A DNA stretch of 64,000 nt from Selaginella moellendorffii. Its lineage: Eukaryota; Plantae; Lycopodiophyta. The DNA lies in NCBI RefSeq assembly GCF_000143415.4, contig NW_003314321.1, forward strand, positions 248,001-312,000, given 5' to 3'. Of this stretch, positions 48,536-63,099 are shown in pieces (the stretch's first letter is position 1; each line of letters starts with the position of its first letter). The position numbers and the translations under genes are program-made. Below the pieces are notes generated by a model. That model saw only the letters and a list, made by a program, of their open reading frames with translations, was not told the origin of the DNA and did not search any database.

Positions 48536-50167
48536 ATGGCGTTACTCAAGGCGCAATCCTTAAGCTCGCTAGGTCTTTCGCGATCTGATGCTACTAGGTT
48601 CTCGGCCGGTGGCTCCTCTACACAGAGATTATGTGTGATGCCGCTCAAGAACACCCGTGATCCACAGGGTTTGAGGTATTCTCATTTGTGTGTGTGTGTG
48701 TGTGTGCGCGCGCGCTAAGTAACACTGTGCTTTCACTAGAGTGCAATGTATGGTGCTAGATACGCCCTCCAAGGTGGAGAAGCTTACGCTTCTTCACGAG
48801 CTCTATAGCAAGCACCAGCAAAGTCCATGGTATGACAATCTCAGGCGCCCTGTCACGGATCTCCAGCCACTCATCGACAGTGGCGTCCGAGGAGTAACGA
48901 GCAATCCCACGGTGAGTGTGGTCGAGAACAACGTTTTTTCTTTCTCAAATCTTCTCTTCTTCCTTGTGATAGATTTTCCAGAAAGCCATCTCCTCCTCCG
49001 ACGCTTATGATCCACAGTTCAGGTTCGTAGCAACTTTGACTTAGTGGTTGCTTTTCTACTCTTGTTTTTTTCAGGCAGCTGGTAAAGGGTGGTAGCAAAG
49101 TGGAGGATGCTTATTGGCAAATGGTCATCAAAGACATCCAGGATGCTTGCGACCTTTTCCTTGGTGTTTTTAGCTCGAGCAAAGGCGAAGATGGATACGT
49201 CTCTGTGGAAGTGTCACCTTTACTCGCGCATGAGACAGACGAGACGCTCAACGCCGCAAAATGGCTGCACAAGGAAGTCAATCGTCCCAATGTCTACGTG
49301 AAGATTCCTGCGACGGCTGAGTGTGTTCCTTCAATCAGAAGCGCCATCTCCCTCGGCATCAGTGTTAACGTCACCGTAAGCTTCTTAATTCTCTACTTAA
49401 TTTTTTTGATTTCCTCTTTTTTTCTTTTTTTTGCGTAACAGCTTATATTCTCACTCCCAAGATATGAAGCTGTGATCGATGCATATCTCGATGGCCTCGA
49501 AGCTAGAGAAGGAGATCTCTCGGGCGTCTCGAGTGTGGCTTCCTTCTTTGTAAGCCGGGTCGACACTCTCGTTGATAAAAGGCTGAATGAGATTGGCACC
49601 GACGAGGCGCTCCAGCTGCGTGGCAAGGTGACGAAACAAAGTTTTTCCTTTTCCTGACTTCCTCTCTTTGCGTTCTTCATGCAGGCAGCCGTTGCGCAGG
49701 CAGCTCTGGCTTTCCAACTTTACGAGAAGAAATTCTCGGGGCCTCGCTGGGAAGCACTGAAAAAGCGTGGAGCCAGGAAGCAGAGACTCTTGTGGGCTTC
49801 AACGAGCGTGAAAAACCCGGCATACTCCGACACTCTTTACATCGACACTTTGATCGGCCCTGACACGGTAAAGCGACTAGATCTTTCTCTTTTGTCACTG
49901 ATAGAAAAATCCATGCCTTGACACGCGCAGGTGAACACGATGCCTGGAAATGCACTGGAGGCGTTTGTGGATCACGGGACGCTGGCCAGAACTTTAGACT
50001 CGGACGTGGATGGAGCCCAAAAGATTTACGACAAGATCGAAGCGCTGGGGATCCGGTGGGACGACGTTGGCTCGCTCCTCGAGATCGAAGGGGTGGATTC
50101 CTTCAAGAAAAGTTTCGAGGATTTGCTGGTGAGCTTGAAGCTCAAGGCGGAGCTCCTTGTCAAGTGA
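48536..50167 (+). CDS. Plastid transaldolase (type 2), multi-exon
   Basis: [50 protein letters not shown]. Transit-peptide-like exon 1. Confidence 0.95.
48687..48714. repeat. (GT)n(GC)n intronic microsatellite
   Basis: Directly visible alternating purine-pyrimidine tract. Confidence 0.85.
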
Positions 50168-51649
50168 ACATAGTGAGAATATTTGCGCCCACGCGCAAAG
50201 TTTTTAAAAGTTGGAGAAAGAAAATACGGCCAACGTGAGTTGCACGTAAATGCTGCCCAGCTCTGTTCCAAGAAAAAATGAGCTACGTGACAAGCTGCGG
50301 ATATTCTCCGTGATGTCGACACCAGGCAGCGGGATCTTTTAAGGTGGCGGCGGCGGCGAAATTAGGGTTTGGTGTCTGCTGTCGATGATTTTTTTTGGTG
50401 AGGATTTTTCAACTTGACATGATAGTCACGATACCTTTTCTTTTGGATAGATTAGGGTGGTAGGGTTTGTCTTTGATATGATCCTACGTTGAAAAGATAC
50501 AAATAAATAGAATGGTCCCAGGCCGATTCTTCGCCATACACTTAAAATCTAAAAACAACAATGGCATGCATGAATCATAGATTATATAGAGATTCTGATA
50601 CTGGTGGAGATTCCGGTCCATTTTAACACCAAACGGTTTTGTTGTGAGTTATAAAATTCCCGCCGCTCACAACATTGAGATGGCCGCGCGGGCGAATTTC
50701 AAAACAACCAAAAAAACTTAAAAAGTAAAAATGCCGCCCAGCCGCGAGACTCGAGACCGCGACGGAGACATTCCCGCCAAAAAGCGCTGCGCAGATATTC
50801 TCCACGGCCGGCTGCAGCCGTCGGATTGCGATCGGACGGCCTGGCTCGCTGCTGAGGTGGACGGTGACGCGGCGGGCTAGGGCTGACTGGGCGGGAAATA
50901 ACGGCTAATTTGCTTTACTGCGGCTTTGCCCTAAATCAGTGGCTATGGCGGCGTAATTGCAGGGAGGGATGGGCGGAGCGCGCGCGGAATGTGGAAGAGA
51001 TCGCGGCCGCCGCCGGGTGTTCTCCGCGAGATTCTTGTTCGCGCTCGCTTATCATCGCCATCGCCGGGAATGTAAGTACCTAGATCGCGAGAACTCAGGC
51101 TTGAGAGATCTTTTATTTCTTGCATTGCCTGCAAATTTTTAGCTTCTTCTCTTTCCCTTGAGTTTCGGGCCGGAATCAGCTGCCTTTCCCCAGTATTTCC
51201 CCCCGCCCCATGTCATTGCCCCCGTAGCTTCGCTTTCGCAAGCAAAGACTGGCTTTTTCTACAGTGCTGGGGTTCTCTTCTCTTTTTTTTTTCTTTGGTC
51301 TCTTCTTTGTCTGGCCGGGCCGACTTGAGATTCCTTGGTTGTTTTAACTTTTAAAGAGTGTGTTGTGCGCGACTGGCACATCTTTCCGCGTTGTTCCTAT
51401 TATCCTCTCCTCCCCTTCGTCTCTCTTGCTTGTGGAAGCGGCAAAACGAAAGATCTACGCCATTTGCTCATTGGGTGTCTGTGTGCTTGGGTGTCTGTGC
51501 GCTTGCTCTGTTCATCTCCTCTTTGGCGGCTCTGAAAGATGTTTTTCCATTGCTTCTTCAGAGTTGTGGAGCTTCCCTTCCAGGCATTGAGGTAACGGCT
51601 CCAGTCAAAAACAGATCCCGGGGACTTGGGTCGTCGTTTCTCCCAGTGA

Positions 51650-53240
51650 ATGGGAGATTTTTTTCCGGTGTCGCCGAATAAGATGGGTTTGGAGGCCAGA
51701 GCAGTGGTGATTCCGGGTGGTAGCAGCGGCGGCAGTAGCAGTAGCAGTAGCAATAGCAATAGCAGCGGTGCTTCTCCGACTTCTCAGCACCAGTGGGGGG
51801 AGAGTAATTGTTTTGGGGGATGTTCTACTCCTCCGGGCCTGTCGTCGGACTACTCGTTTGCCGAGACCGAGAGCAGCGAGGATGACGACTTCGTGGCGGG
51901 GCTGGCTGAGCAAATGGCTCATTCCATGCTCGATGATAGTGACGAAACTAGTGAGGTAGATAACGTAGATAGAGTTGGTTTGTGGGGCGAAAGTAGCTGG
52001 AATCCGGTGCCGCACCAGCCGATGGGATCTCCAACGGAGTTCCGAAAGGTATGTGTTGTGTTCTTGCTTTTTCGTTTCTTGTGTGCTGGAAGGAGTTTTT
52101 GATGTTTCTTTTTTTGGTTTTGATGTCTCAGTGGTCTGCCGGGTGCTGGAGTTCTGGATACGCCATCAACAGTAGCTCCAGCTCCAAGGTTTCATCTCAA
52201 GTCTCCTCGCCGCCTTCAACTCCTGGAGGAGCTGCTGTTGATGACGGGTGGGATTCGGCTATAGGGGCCGACATGAGCAGCAACAGGTTTCAGCAAGTCG
52301 AGGAGTTTGTTTCTCCTCGTGGAAGTCATTTGCCCGAGGTGCAGTGGAGGCATGGCGCTGCCGGGAATGGGAATGACTCCTCCTTGTGCGTCCTTGCCAA
52401 GCCTTATGCCGCTGCTGTGCAGAGGGGGTGGACGCAGAAAGAAGAAGATCGAAGTCCTCTCACTCAGGTACCTATTTCCTTTTTCTTTCTTTTTTTCTTT
52501 AGGCCGCTAGCCAGTTTTTCTTTTTCTTCCTTTTTTTTTTCAGCTTTCTCATTGAATACGTTTTTTCTCCTTTTCTTTTTCATTTCCAGTGTCGAGGCTC
52601 CAAGCAGGCCGCACCAACCTGGAATCGGCATAACAGGGCCCAGCCGCAAGCTCCGCCTGCGGCCCCTCGCTCTACATATCGGTGTGGAGTAACTCCACGT
52701 CCGGTGGGGCATTGGCCGACACTGCCCCCAGCAAATGGTTCTGTCATGCGTGCCGTGTTTCTGGGAGGAACAGCAGACAGGTCCTCCACCGGAACTGGAG
52801 TCTTCCTTCCTCGTAGCAGCAATGACTACGCCAAACGCAAATCATGTAAGCAATTCACTTTTCTTCCAACCCTCAATCAAGCTAACTCTTTCCTTCAGCC
52901 TGCTCGAGCGTACTTCTGCCGTCGCGGATTGTCCAAGTACTGAATCTAAATATCGATGACATGCGATGTTATCCGTCAGTGCAGCCTGGGACCTCTCCTC
53001 CTGGTGCGTTTCCTGATCATGGCCTAGCATTATCATGACTCCCTGGCTTACAATCTTCTCTTTGTTTTTGTAGGAAGCGGTCCTACACTTCCCACTGGAG
53101 GTGTTGATGCTGCCAACTTAAGCTACCCCGCGGACGAAGAGTGGCCGCCATCGAGCAGCCAATGGAAAACTTACACCGCGTCGTGCTCCCATCTCCACCA
53201 GGCCTCGGAGTCGACGCTTCCCACCGAGTGGAGCTACTAA
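51650..53240 (+). CDS. Plant uncharacterised protein of the so-called TIP41-like family
   Basis: DDDFVAGLAEQMAHSML, GSVMRAVFLGG..STGTGVFLPR, VLLPSRIVQVLNL, LPTEWSY*. Confidence 0.75.
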
Positions 53241-54151
53241 CTTCCATTCTATAGAGAAGACTGGTAAGAGGAGTTCTTTAACAGATCAAACGAGGACGAT
53301 GAAGCGAGAAAGAATAAGCAACGATTGCTCTAGAGGTAACTGCTGTACAGTCAAGTCTCATGACCAAGTTGACCCGGCCAGCGTAGTATCATCATAAAAA
53401 AAAAAATCTAAGCAAGCGGTTGGATAGAGCTTGCTTACCGGGAAGATATTTGCAGTGATTTTTCCTTTGGGATTTGAATAAAAGAAAGGAGTGGGTTTTA
53501 GAAAGCATTCCCCGAGACAACTTCATCTTTGCTTTTCTTTCTTTCGTCTTTCTTTGCATCGCCCAAGAAAGTTGGAACAGTGGGAAGGACTCTCGCACAG
53601 CCAAGGAATCGGTCGAGTCAGCAGCGAGCGTTGTCTCTTTATCCTGCCAAATCGATCGACGTTGTCACTTTATCCTGACAAATCCATCGACGAAGTCTCG
53701 GAGCTAAACTAAACCAGTAGTGAATGAATGCTCTCTTCTCTAGTATATATCTTGAGCCAAAAAAACACGAAGAAAGATCTTGCCTGCTTTGCTTGCTTGT
53801 TTTCAAATGGTGATTGATGATGCAGCTGGCTGGCTCTCTTCTGATCTTATCTAGTCACAGCCATCTTTATCCACCTAGAAAGCATTAAAAAAAATTGGAG
53901 AATCACCACCACCACCAAGGAGTTGGATGATCAACGTAAGCAAAAAAGAGAGCGAGAGAGAGAACCCGAAAAACAAGGGAAGGCCATAAAAAAAAGAGTG
54001 AGAAAGAGAGAACCTCGTGCTGCTGCAGGATCTTGTCCGGAAGTCAGATATGGATGGCATTGTCTCGACGAGTGACGAGTGAGAGCATCTTCTTCGGTCG
54101 AGTAAACCAGCCGTCTAGCAGCAGCAGCAGCAGTGCACCAGTTCTTCTCCG

Positions 54152-55504
54152 TCACGGCTGGATGTCCAGCCTTGGCTCGAAACAAAATCCCAGGAGATGG
54201 AAGTTCCTCTTCTTCGGGAAGAGTGGATCCCTGGGCAGCCACCGCCAGCTCCCGCGGCTCACGTCGAAAACCAGCGCCTTTGGACTGAGGTGGCTCGTCA
54301 CGCACACCAAGTCGCCCACCCCGGAGCAAACCAGCGGCGTCCTCGGCTTGAGCGCATCCAGAAACTCGCGGCACATCTCCACCGGGGCCCTGTTCACCTC
54401 CGTCCACGTCCCGAGCCCGGCACCGTGCGAGAGCTCCCAAACTTTCAATCCCTCCTCGACCATCGCCGCCATCGCCGTCGCTGGTTTGAGCTCCGGCTTC
54501 GCTGTGGCGGAGCTCCTCCCCTTCACTCGTCCGATCATCAAGAGCCGGCTCTTTTTGTACGCCACCAGCGATGGCGAGGCGAGGCCGGACGGCATCTCCG
54601 CCTTCACCTCGGACCAAGTTCGAGTTTTGGAGTCGAAGCTCACCACTCCGTACGGGAGCTCGGTGATGGAGTAGAAGCTCCCGCTGTCGAGCCACACCCC
54701 GGGGTCGCTCCCGAACTTGGCCTCGGGCAGCGGGCACGCCGCCATCTCCCACGAGCCCGACCGCGAGTCGTAGACCTCGGTGTAGAGCTTGTAGACGTGC
54801 GGGCACAGCATCTGGCCGACGTCGCCACCATCTTCGCCCGAGACCATGATCTGGTAGAGCTTGCTGCTGGGATCGGTGACAATGCTGAGCTTGTGGATGA
54901 GCCGGACGCGCCGCATGGGTGGCATCTCGCGCAGAACTTTGGTGAAGGGGTTGCAGACGAAGAGCGTGGAGCACTCGGCCACCTGGTTGGCGTAGCACAG
55001 CAGGCCTCCAGAGGCCGAGACGACGGTCACCGGCGGGATGTCGATGGGCAGGATGATCCTCGGGACCGGAACGAAGTGCCAGCCATCGAGGGAGAAGTTG
55101 TAGACGCACGAGACGCGGCCCTGGGTGCACAGGAGGAAGCTGGAGCGGCTGGCGGAGATCTCCGACTGGAGCGAGAAGAAGGCCTCGGAATGGACGAACG
55201 AGTTCCAGCGCTTGCACACCGAGCGTAGCCGGAACATACTGGGCAGTGGGAGCCGCGCCAGGATCCTGTCCACACAGTCCTCCGGGAGCTTGCTCCAGAG
55301 CTTGGGATCCATGGGCGAAGATGGATCCTGGAACCCAGTAGCTCCATAGCTGGGATCTCCCCCTGGTCGTAGTGACGGTGGCGATGGTGGCGGTAATGCT
55401 GGCGTTGTCTCTTTGCGCTCTGCTTCTTCGTAGTCGTCGTCCTCGTCGCAGAGAGGGAGAATTCGATTGTTGGAGGACGCTCGCTGAAATGATGGGATCT
55501 TCAT
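54152..55504 (-). CDS. F-box protein with C-terminal beta-propeller (UFO/LCR/HWS-like superfamily)
   Basis: WSKLPEDCVDRILARLP..FRLRSVCKRWNS, ASGGLLC, VCNPFTK, EVYDS, FCFEPRLD. The start may lie in an upstream exon. Confidence 0.9.
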   Translation of the reverse strand: MKIPSFQRASSNNRILPLCDEDDDYEEAERKETTPALPPPSPPSLRPGGDPSYGATGFQDPSSPMDPKLWSKLPEDCVDRILARLPLPSMFRLRSVCKRWNSFVHSEAFFSLQSEISASRSSFLLCTQGRVSCVYNFSLDGWHFVPVPRIILPIDIPPVTVVSASGGLLCYANQVAECSTLFVCNPFTKVLREMPPMRRVRLIHKLSIVTDPSSKLYQIMVSGEDGGDVGQMLCPHVYKLYTEVYDSRSGSWEMAACPLPEAKFGSDPGVWLDSGSFYSITELPYGVVSFDSKTRTWSEVKAEMPSGLASPSLVAYKKSRLLMIGRVKGRSSATAKPELKPATAMAAMVEEGLKVWELSHGAGLGTWTEVNRAPVEMCREFLDALKPRTPLVCSGVGDLVCVTSHLSPKALVFDVSRGSWRWLPRDPLFPKKRNFHLLGFCFEPRLDIQP

Positions 55505-58374
55505 CTTCTTGGCTTGGCACCAATCTGGAGATCTTTGAAACAAACCAACAAGAGAGAGAAAGAGAGACTCAATCAATTCGGGACTGATAAGAAATATAGA
55601 ATACCTAGAGAGAGCGCAGCAAAACGAGACCATCCAGGCAGGAAGATCAAAAGAAGAAAGAAGAGGAAAGAAAGCTTGCTTCTCTCACTCACACACGCAC
55701 ACACACATTAATCTTCACGGAGACGAAACCACAGGCGAAATCTCAAGAGCCCCGACCCCGATCCACGGAGAAATCCGACGCCGCGAGCTAGGTTCCCAGC
55801 TGCCAATGCCATGACAAGACGAAGAAGTCGCTGCGCACGGCAATCGATCTGACACTAAAACCCCCATTCCCAGAGAGATTCCAAGCATGGACGCAGTCGA
55901 CAGGCAGGGATTGGCGCTCACCAGGGCACGGAGGACAAATCGCCGACGCAGCCGCGAGCGCCTCTCCCCCAAAACTGCGGCCTCCGCTCCTCCGCCAATG
56001 TTCTTCGCCCTCAAGCTTGCATGATACAGGGGGTGTGGTAAAATCTACATCTACCACGGAGTAAATCTCTGATCTATGGAGATTCCTCCTTATTGTTTTG
56101 CGGCACGTGTCCAGGGCCCAAAGTTACCGCTGGTAAAAAGCTTGCGACGTGGCTGCTCTTGCTTGGATATGTAGTTTTCCTGTTGGGAAAATTTCGTGCC
56201 GGACGCGGCGAGGCGCGGTCGACGCCGCAGTAAAAGAAAAATTCACATTTATCCACAAGCCACCGGCGACAGCCGGTAGATGTTCGTAGATTATTCAATA
56301 GGTCAGAGTTCCAAAGGTTTTGAGTTCTCGAGAAGAAGCAAACTTTTCGAGTTGAGCTCCTCAAGCAGCGTAGTAGGTTTATGAGTGGGATCATTTTGTT
56401 CTTTGTAGAAATTTTAATTGTGTCAGAACTATTATGTATTCTATTTTGCAATTAAACAGTTGAAATTGTAAAATAACTTAAATGTTGCTAAATAATTTAT
56501 GGCAATGAATATGTGATTGCACGTATATTTACACATGTGAATTTTTTCTTTTTTGTTTTGATGCAAAAATATTATGCACATATTCATTTTTTTATTACTA
56601 TATATGTAATTTAAATGTGATTGTGTGTATATTATTTTTGTAATAGGGTATGCCATGGGAGTATGACACCTCAAACTATCATGTAAAACTAATACAACAT
56701 CATCCCAGATAACATGACAACCACAAATATAGTAAAGGTTTTACACAATCAAGTACGTAATGTAAGTTTTATGCGAGCAAGTATGCAATGCTAATTTATA
56801 TTATATTATTCCACAACTCTTCTTTTCCTATTACAATGTCATATAAAGATGAAATTCATGAACAATTTGTGGAGCAATAGGATGAGAAACACCATCATCA
56901 AAATCGAGGTATTGAATAGGAATTTTTTATTTTGTCATAATATCACACATGAGTGTTTAGTTAGTGATTTTTTGGTCACAATTGCCAATTTTTATTCTTT
57001 CAACAAGCATGTAAATGTTAATTTCCATATAGATTAGCCATAAGTATATATGCAACTTTGTTCCTTTATCAATTTTCACTAAAATGTCATACAAAATCTA
57101 CCTAGCTTGCATATTTTTCCATTTTTTAAACACACTTAAAATAGTAGTCCATGTTACACAACTTGGTTCTAGAGGCATAAATTCCAACAATATCATTGAC
57201 TCATCCAAATGGTTTATTTGTTCCAAGATATTAATCACTCATGGTAGTGTTCACACCCAAGACAAATCTCACATTTCATTTCCATTGTAAACAAACATTC
57301 CTTTCCTTATTTCACAAGCCTTGCATGGTTGCAAGTGTTGATGATCATGAGAAATGTAAAGCTATTAAGATGAAGGCCAAAATCTCATATGTTGCAAAAG
57401 TTTTAAAACATGGAGCCAATGTCTCTTTGGCATCCAAGCTACAAAATCTTTTGATGGCATTGAGTAGAATACTTGTTAAGCCAAGACTAAGCTTCCAACT
57501 TTGCAATAGAAGTTAACCAAGCCCGTCACTGACTTAGTTGCTCTCTAGTCTAGAACCACAAGTCTCTATATAAACTATTTACCCCAATTATCATGCCTTA
57601 AAGCTTAGAGTCTTTATTATTGTTTTTGTTGCTTTGAGATGTCTAAAAGTGCAAAGCCATGCCCAAGGTTTTATTCAAAGCTTCTTTTTGGCATTTTGAA
57701 TAATTATGACCATTTAATTAAGTATGATCCTTGAACCTTTAACCCTGCCGGAGAAAAAATTTGATGGTGATTCAATGCATATTTAGGTTGTCAGGGCTAT
57801 TATTGACATACATGGATAAAGGGTTTTCATTCAAGCAATTTGCTTTTTTAATTTTTAGGCTGCTTAAGGAAGTTGTCGGCCTGGCCACTACTGGCAGCAG
57901 ACTTTTTAGATGACACTAATTTATATTAAAGCTTAACATTTTCTCTGCCAAAAAGCCATTTCAAATGGCTTTTTGGGGGCCGAAATAAAACATTGGCCAT
58001 GCCTTGCTATAATGCCACTAATTTCATGAAACCTCTATTTATTTCCTTGCTCTCTTCTCTAATAACAAAATTTGAGCACATTTTGAGAGCAATTATATAT
58101 TTTTGAGAATTTGGCATAGAACCTTTGGATTGCATGGCTTAAATCTCATACTACTTATTCTTAAGTGGATTTCTTGTATTCTTTATCATACATTGATGTT
58201 TCTAGAATTGTAATGGTTTATTGCATAAAGTGTTTTTCATTACCCTTACTAAGAAAATAACACTAACATATAGCAATGGTGAGCTTTATCCAAAATGTGC
58301 TAAAACCTCTAGCTTGCCTATTGGAAAATATCATGCCTATAAACCATAAGTCTAAATCTTACTGATATATCAAA

Positions 58375-58735
58375 ATAAATTGCTATGTGTTGTATGTAGT
58401 AATGCTTGGTTTGCTTAATAGTAGTGTTATTCTTATTCATTAATTCAATTGATCAAATAAAATTTATAATTGTAAGTATATTTGTAATTTATAAATACAA
58501 GATTAATCTTATTGCATATCAACCACTAAATGATAGAATAAAAAAGAATATACTAGAAAAGGGCTTAAGAAAGTTTATAAATTATAAATAAGTATATAAA
58601 TTATAAAGACAAATTTAATATAAATGAATAACAACCATTAAATGGTAGAATATCCTAGAATATCCAAACATATTCTAGATATATTCACTACCATCCCAGT
58701 CTCCCTACAAGTTTTCTTAAGCAAACCAAAATTAA
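58375..58735. repeat. About 350-bp AT-rich dispersed repeat (MITE-like) with inverted ends TTGGTTTGCTTAA / TTAAGCAAACCAA
   Basis: Homologous to 29850-29940 joined to 34729-34960, and to 23440-23510. Confidence 0.7.
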
Positions 58736-60599
58736 TATGTAGTTAAAATTTATATAGTAAAAAAAATTGCATATGTAGCATTGACTTGGACTTTGCTATG
58801 CATACATGGCAAAAATTAATGCATGCCTATATATAAAAATAAATTATGTTCAAAATATTATTTTATGAGTCACTGATATATGTTATAACAACTTAAGCAT
58901 ATATGTATTTTTTTTTAATATATTTTAGAGGCTACCATAATTGTTTGCCAAGCTACCCATGCAGATATACCTCCCCTCTTAGTAGGTGTAGCTCCACCCA
59001 AAAGGTGCCATCACAAAATACTTGTCATAGATATTTTAGTAAAAATAAATAATAAACCATTTTCTTTTATAATTAATTTTAATATAAAAATTATTAAATT
59101 GAAAAAATAGAATATATTATTTATATGCTTAATTGTTACTCTATTTAATATTTTAGTAATTGCAAGTGTGTCTTGCTTATTCTGCTTATTTGATAATGTA
59201 AAGTTACTATAGCTAATATTCTATAATTCATTATTCAATGTCAATTTGTGATATAATATGATATTTTATCATTTTTTACTTATAAAATATTCTTTTGAAC
59301 CATCTATTATGGTTTTAGGATAGAAGCTTTTCCAGATAATTAATTAGTTATTTTTCAGTTATTTTAGAATTTCACACAAAGTTTTATTATTTTTAAGAAA
59401 TTAATACTAACATTTAAATTTATAAATACAAATAAAAAAATGATATTGCTTTGGTTTTTAAAATTATAGTAAATTTAATATCAAGTTTTAATTCATAGTT
59501 AAACTATAGCAATCAGATGCATATTTTATTTACTTATGTGCAACTTTTTTTATTTTGTTTTCAATTGCACACAAAATATTATACACATGGTTGCTAATTA
59601 TAGCAATCAAAACATGTACCATGCCACAATGTGTGCAACCATGTCATCTAATCTTTTTTTATTGATTCTATCCAAATATGCAAAGTATGGGTGAACAAGC
59701 TTTATTTGGCAATTGTCTGTGCCTCTGTGTATGGGTGTCTTGAAGTAAAAGGGGTGTTTTGTGAGTTACACATATGTTTTTAAGCAATTCAATACATATT
59801 TATTTTAAATTTATATATATTGTATAATATTCTTTTTGCCCTTTTTGAGTATACCTCCCCCCAAAATTGTCTAAATTACTCTAAAATATTTATATACTTA
59901 ATTTGTTTCTTTTTAATTAGAAATACTTGTGCAAGTGTGACAATTATAATGTTGTTCATGCATGTAGATCTAGGATTTTAGCACATGAAGTCTAATTATC
60001 AGTGATGATGTCAATAATGACATTTTGCAATACCACCAAATTAGGATACACCACTGTTGCAACTAAATTAAGACGCAACATTGACAATGTCAAATGAAGA
60101 CACATTAGAACTAAATCTTGATACATCTCTTTCATTGTCACTTCCAACTTTGTTTCCACCACCAGTATAACACCCTAAAATTCGGCAATCCTAAATAGGT
60201 GTTCACAATAGGGAATCTAACAAATAACCTAAAGCCAAAAGAGTTGCATGTAAACTCCTAAATTTGAACTTTCCATAAGATTATCCAATTTAATAGTACT
60301 TAAACCCAAGGGTGCTTAACCCTAAGTATTTTAAGACTATTAACCAATTGGAAAAAACTCTTGTTCATGGCACTTTTCTTCTATATTTGAACCATTATAG
60401 ATTGCATTTCGAGTCATTATCTTTAGTTGCTTACATTACAGATTTGTGTTGAACAATTGCTTCCAAAAAATTGTTATGAGAACAAAGGAAAAAGCAATTA
60501 ATAAAATTTTGAGCTACTCAAATAGATATTTAGTAAATCTCCCTCTGCCATTTATAATAAATAAACCTTGTGTGCATGATATTCAAGTATGTCAACTTG

Positions 60600-61300
60600 G
60601 ACATATATAACTTATTCGAACATAATGGCCTTTCGACAAACAATAATATGTTTCTAGTCTCTTTTTACAAGCTAGGAAAAATGAATATTGATTATCACAC
60701 CCAAGATGGTGAACAATTAAGATCTTATTTAGAGGAGAAAACCCCTTAAATTCAATAACAAATTTATTAATCATCTTGAGACTTGATAGCTTATGAGGAC
60801 AATATTTCAACTTATTGATAGTAATCATCAATATAGGGTTTGGATGAAGTGTATTGACAAGTGTTCTTACAATGATTCTACCTTTATGCAAGGGGACTTT
60901 TGGATATCAATATATTTATCTTTGCTTACTAAAAAATCAATAGGTAAGTTTGCTAAAATTTCACATTCAACTTCACTTTAACTTATTTTATCATGTTTTA
61001 ATGCAGACTTGGTCAAATTGTTGTCTAAAAATAGAACTTTGTTTATGATATTGAGAGATTTTTTTTTGGCAAACTTGGGTGAGGAAAACATCCAACAATA
61101 TTACAATGATGATCTCACAACACTTCTTTGGCACTGATAAACTCAGAATAATGGTACAATATTGTTTAGCAAGCTAATCAATTGTACGTTTGTAATGTGG
61201 TGCAACAACAATGAGGAATGTAGAGCTTATACTAAATTTCTATGGTTGCTTGAGAAGTAAGACTTAGTGACACCCAAGCACAACTTGCAATTAGCTTGAA
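60600..61300 (+). pseudogene. Highly decayed LINE-like reverse transcriptase
   Basis: Fragments resembling L..IGFG, KSIxQG..S and YNDD (YADD-like) occur in the expected order, with many stops. Confidence 0.4.
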
Positions 61301-63099
61301 GGTCTTGATACATACTATTAAATCCTTAGCTAAAATGGTTGCCCAATATATGTATTTTAAATTTTGCTCCTTGTGTTTTGATGGTTGTTTACTAGCTTGT
61401 AGATGGATATAAATCTTAGAATTTATAAGAAACAAGTGTCAAAGATTTACACTAAAGATTTGTTGACTTGGAAAGCAAGTGCATTGTAGTTTGCATTTAG
61501 CAAGCATTGGTTGTGACGTAGGCAAGTAAGCATATTAGCCTAACCACACAATGTCACCTTTGACAAAGCATTGTAGGCTATTGCAAGCTTGGATTTCAAA
61601 CTCATATTATCCAAGCTAATAGTAGCCAAAAAATCTTCAATAACAACCAATATTGTTTAAAGAGATTTAAAACTCATGAGAACAAAAAAACAAGACAAAG
61701 ATAGAGATTCTTAACTTGACCACCATATCTAAGATTATTACTCTCACTTAGGCTGTGGTACTCCCCAAGCAATACCTAACATGATAAAGAGGCAACACCA
61801 TACTCCATATGTCGTGAATGTTACTATAGGTATCAAAAGTTATTTGTTAATGAGTCCTTTTAGATATTCTCCCTTCTTGCCATGATAGCAAGAGGTTGGT
61901 ATTGTTAGTTCTTTTTTCATTTCTTCTTGTTTAAGTGTTAATAAACTAGGCTTAGCATTTGTATTTAGCCAAATGAATATAAGGTAGAAACTCCTATATA
62001 TTTTTTGTTGAGAAAACTTAGCTTGGCTCTTAGTTCTTTTTTGCTATGTCTTGCACTTTCTTAACAAGAATCCTCTAGTATTAAGATTAATCACTCAATA
62101 TTGTCAAATGATAATTTACTATGTTTGCTAAACACCTTCGCTATGATGCCCTTTATGGAGGGTTCTAAATATATAGTAGGGATAGTAGGTAGGTTGGGCA
62201 TGGTTGACCAACTTGAGGTATAGTTTAGTTTCTGCTTGTGTGCTTGTCCTTGTTTTGCGTCTGATTTAGGTCTAAGCCTAAGTTCTATATTATGCTAATT
62301 GATGGAATATTCATATCCTCGCGTTAGACCACCGATATGCTAAAATTGCATCAAACTCTATTTGGCTCCGTTTTACATGTTAGTCTTGACATTGGGATGC
62401 TAGATGCTTTAAGAACAAATTGTTACTCTCTAGGAACTATCATATAAACTCTATAACTAATGGTTGCATTAATTTATATCATTAAAGCTTTAATATAGTC
62501 AAAGATTTCATAAATGTTTTTGGTAAGGAAACCAATATCACTCTATTGTCCTATCCCTTTGCTCTTTAGGCCATATGCTCAAAAATTATTTTGTGCTCCA
62601 CTTCCTTTGCTCCTAAACTCTATGCTTAGGAGTTTGGTTTCGTCTTTTCATTTAGTGGCCACTTAAACTCTACTCTACTGCCCTTGGACACGTGGCATGT
62701 GGTGATGGAAGGTTAAGGTTTTTCTCTATAGTTATTCTATAATAAACCACCATAGAATAAAGAGTGAAAACCATATATACTACATTTAGTATCAGAAAAT
62801 TAGTTTTAGCAAGTATTATCTAATGAGATTAGGCAACTGGTCTCATGTAGAGATGAAGATGATAATCTGAGTGGATACATATTTGGGTGCTATAACTTTA
62901 CATTTATTCATTAGGTATAAATTTTAATTATTTTTTTATGAGCTTGCTTTTGGGCTCATAGGATGGAATAAGATATATCATCTTTATGAGTTTGCGCTTG
63001 GGCTTGTGAGTAGAAAAGGGAGTGTAGTTTTATTCATGGATTTTTCACTTTTATATTTAAACCCTAATAGATCATTTTTAAAATTATTCTCTTTGGTTG

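Noticed and set aside
54382-54402. Possible miR394 target site in the F-box gene
   Set aside because: Only GGAGGTG.ACAG matches. The half that would pair with the miRNA 5' end is mismatched.
53931-55523. 530-aa, 343-aa and 213-aa ORFs overlapping the F-box gene
   Set aside because: Shadow frames of a GC-rich coding sequence, with no recognisable motifs.
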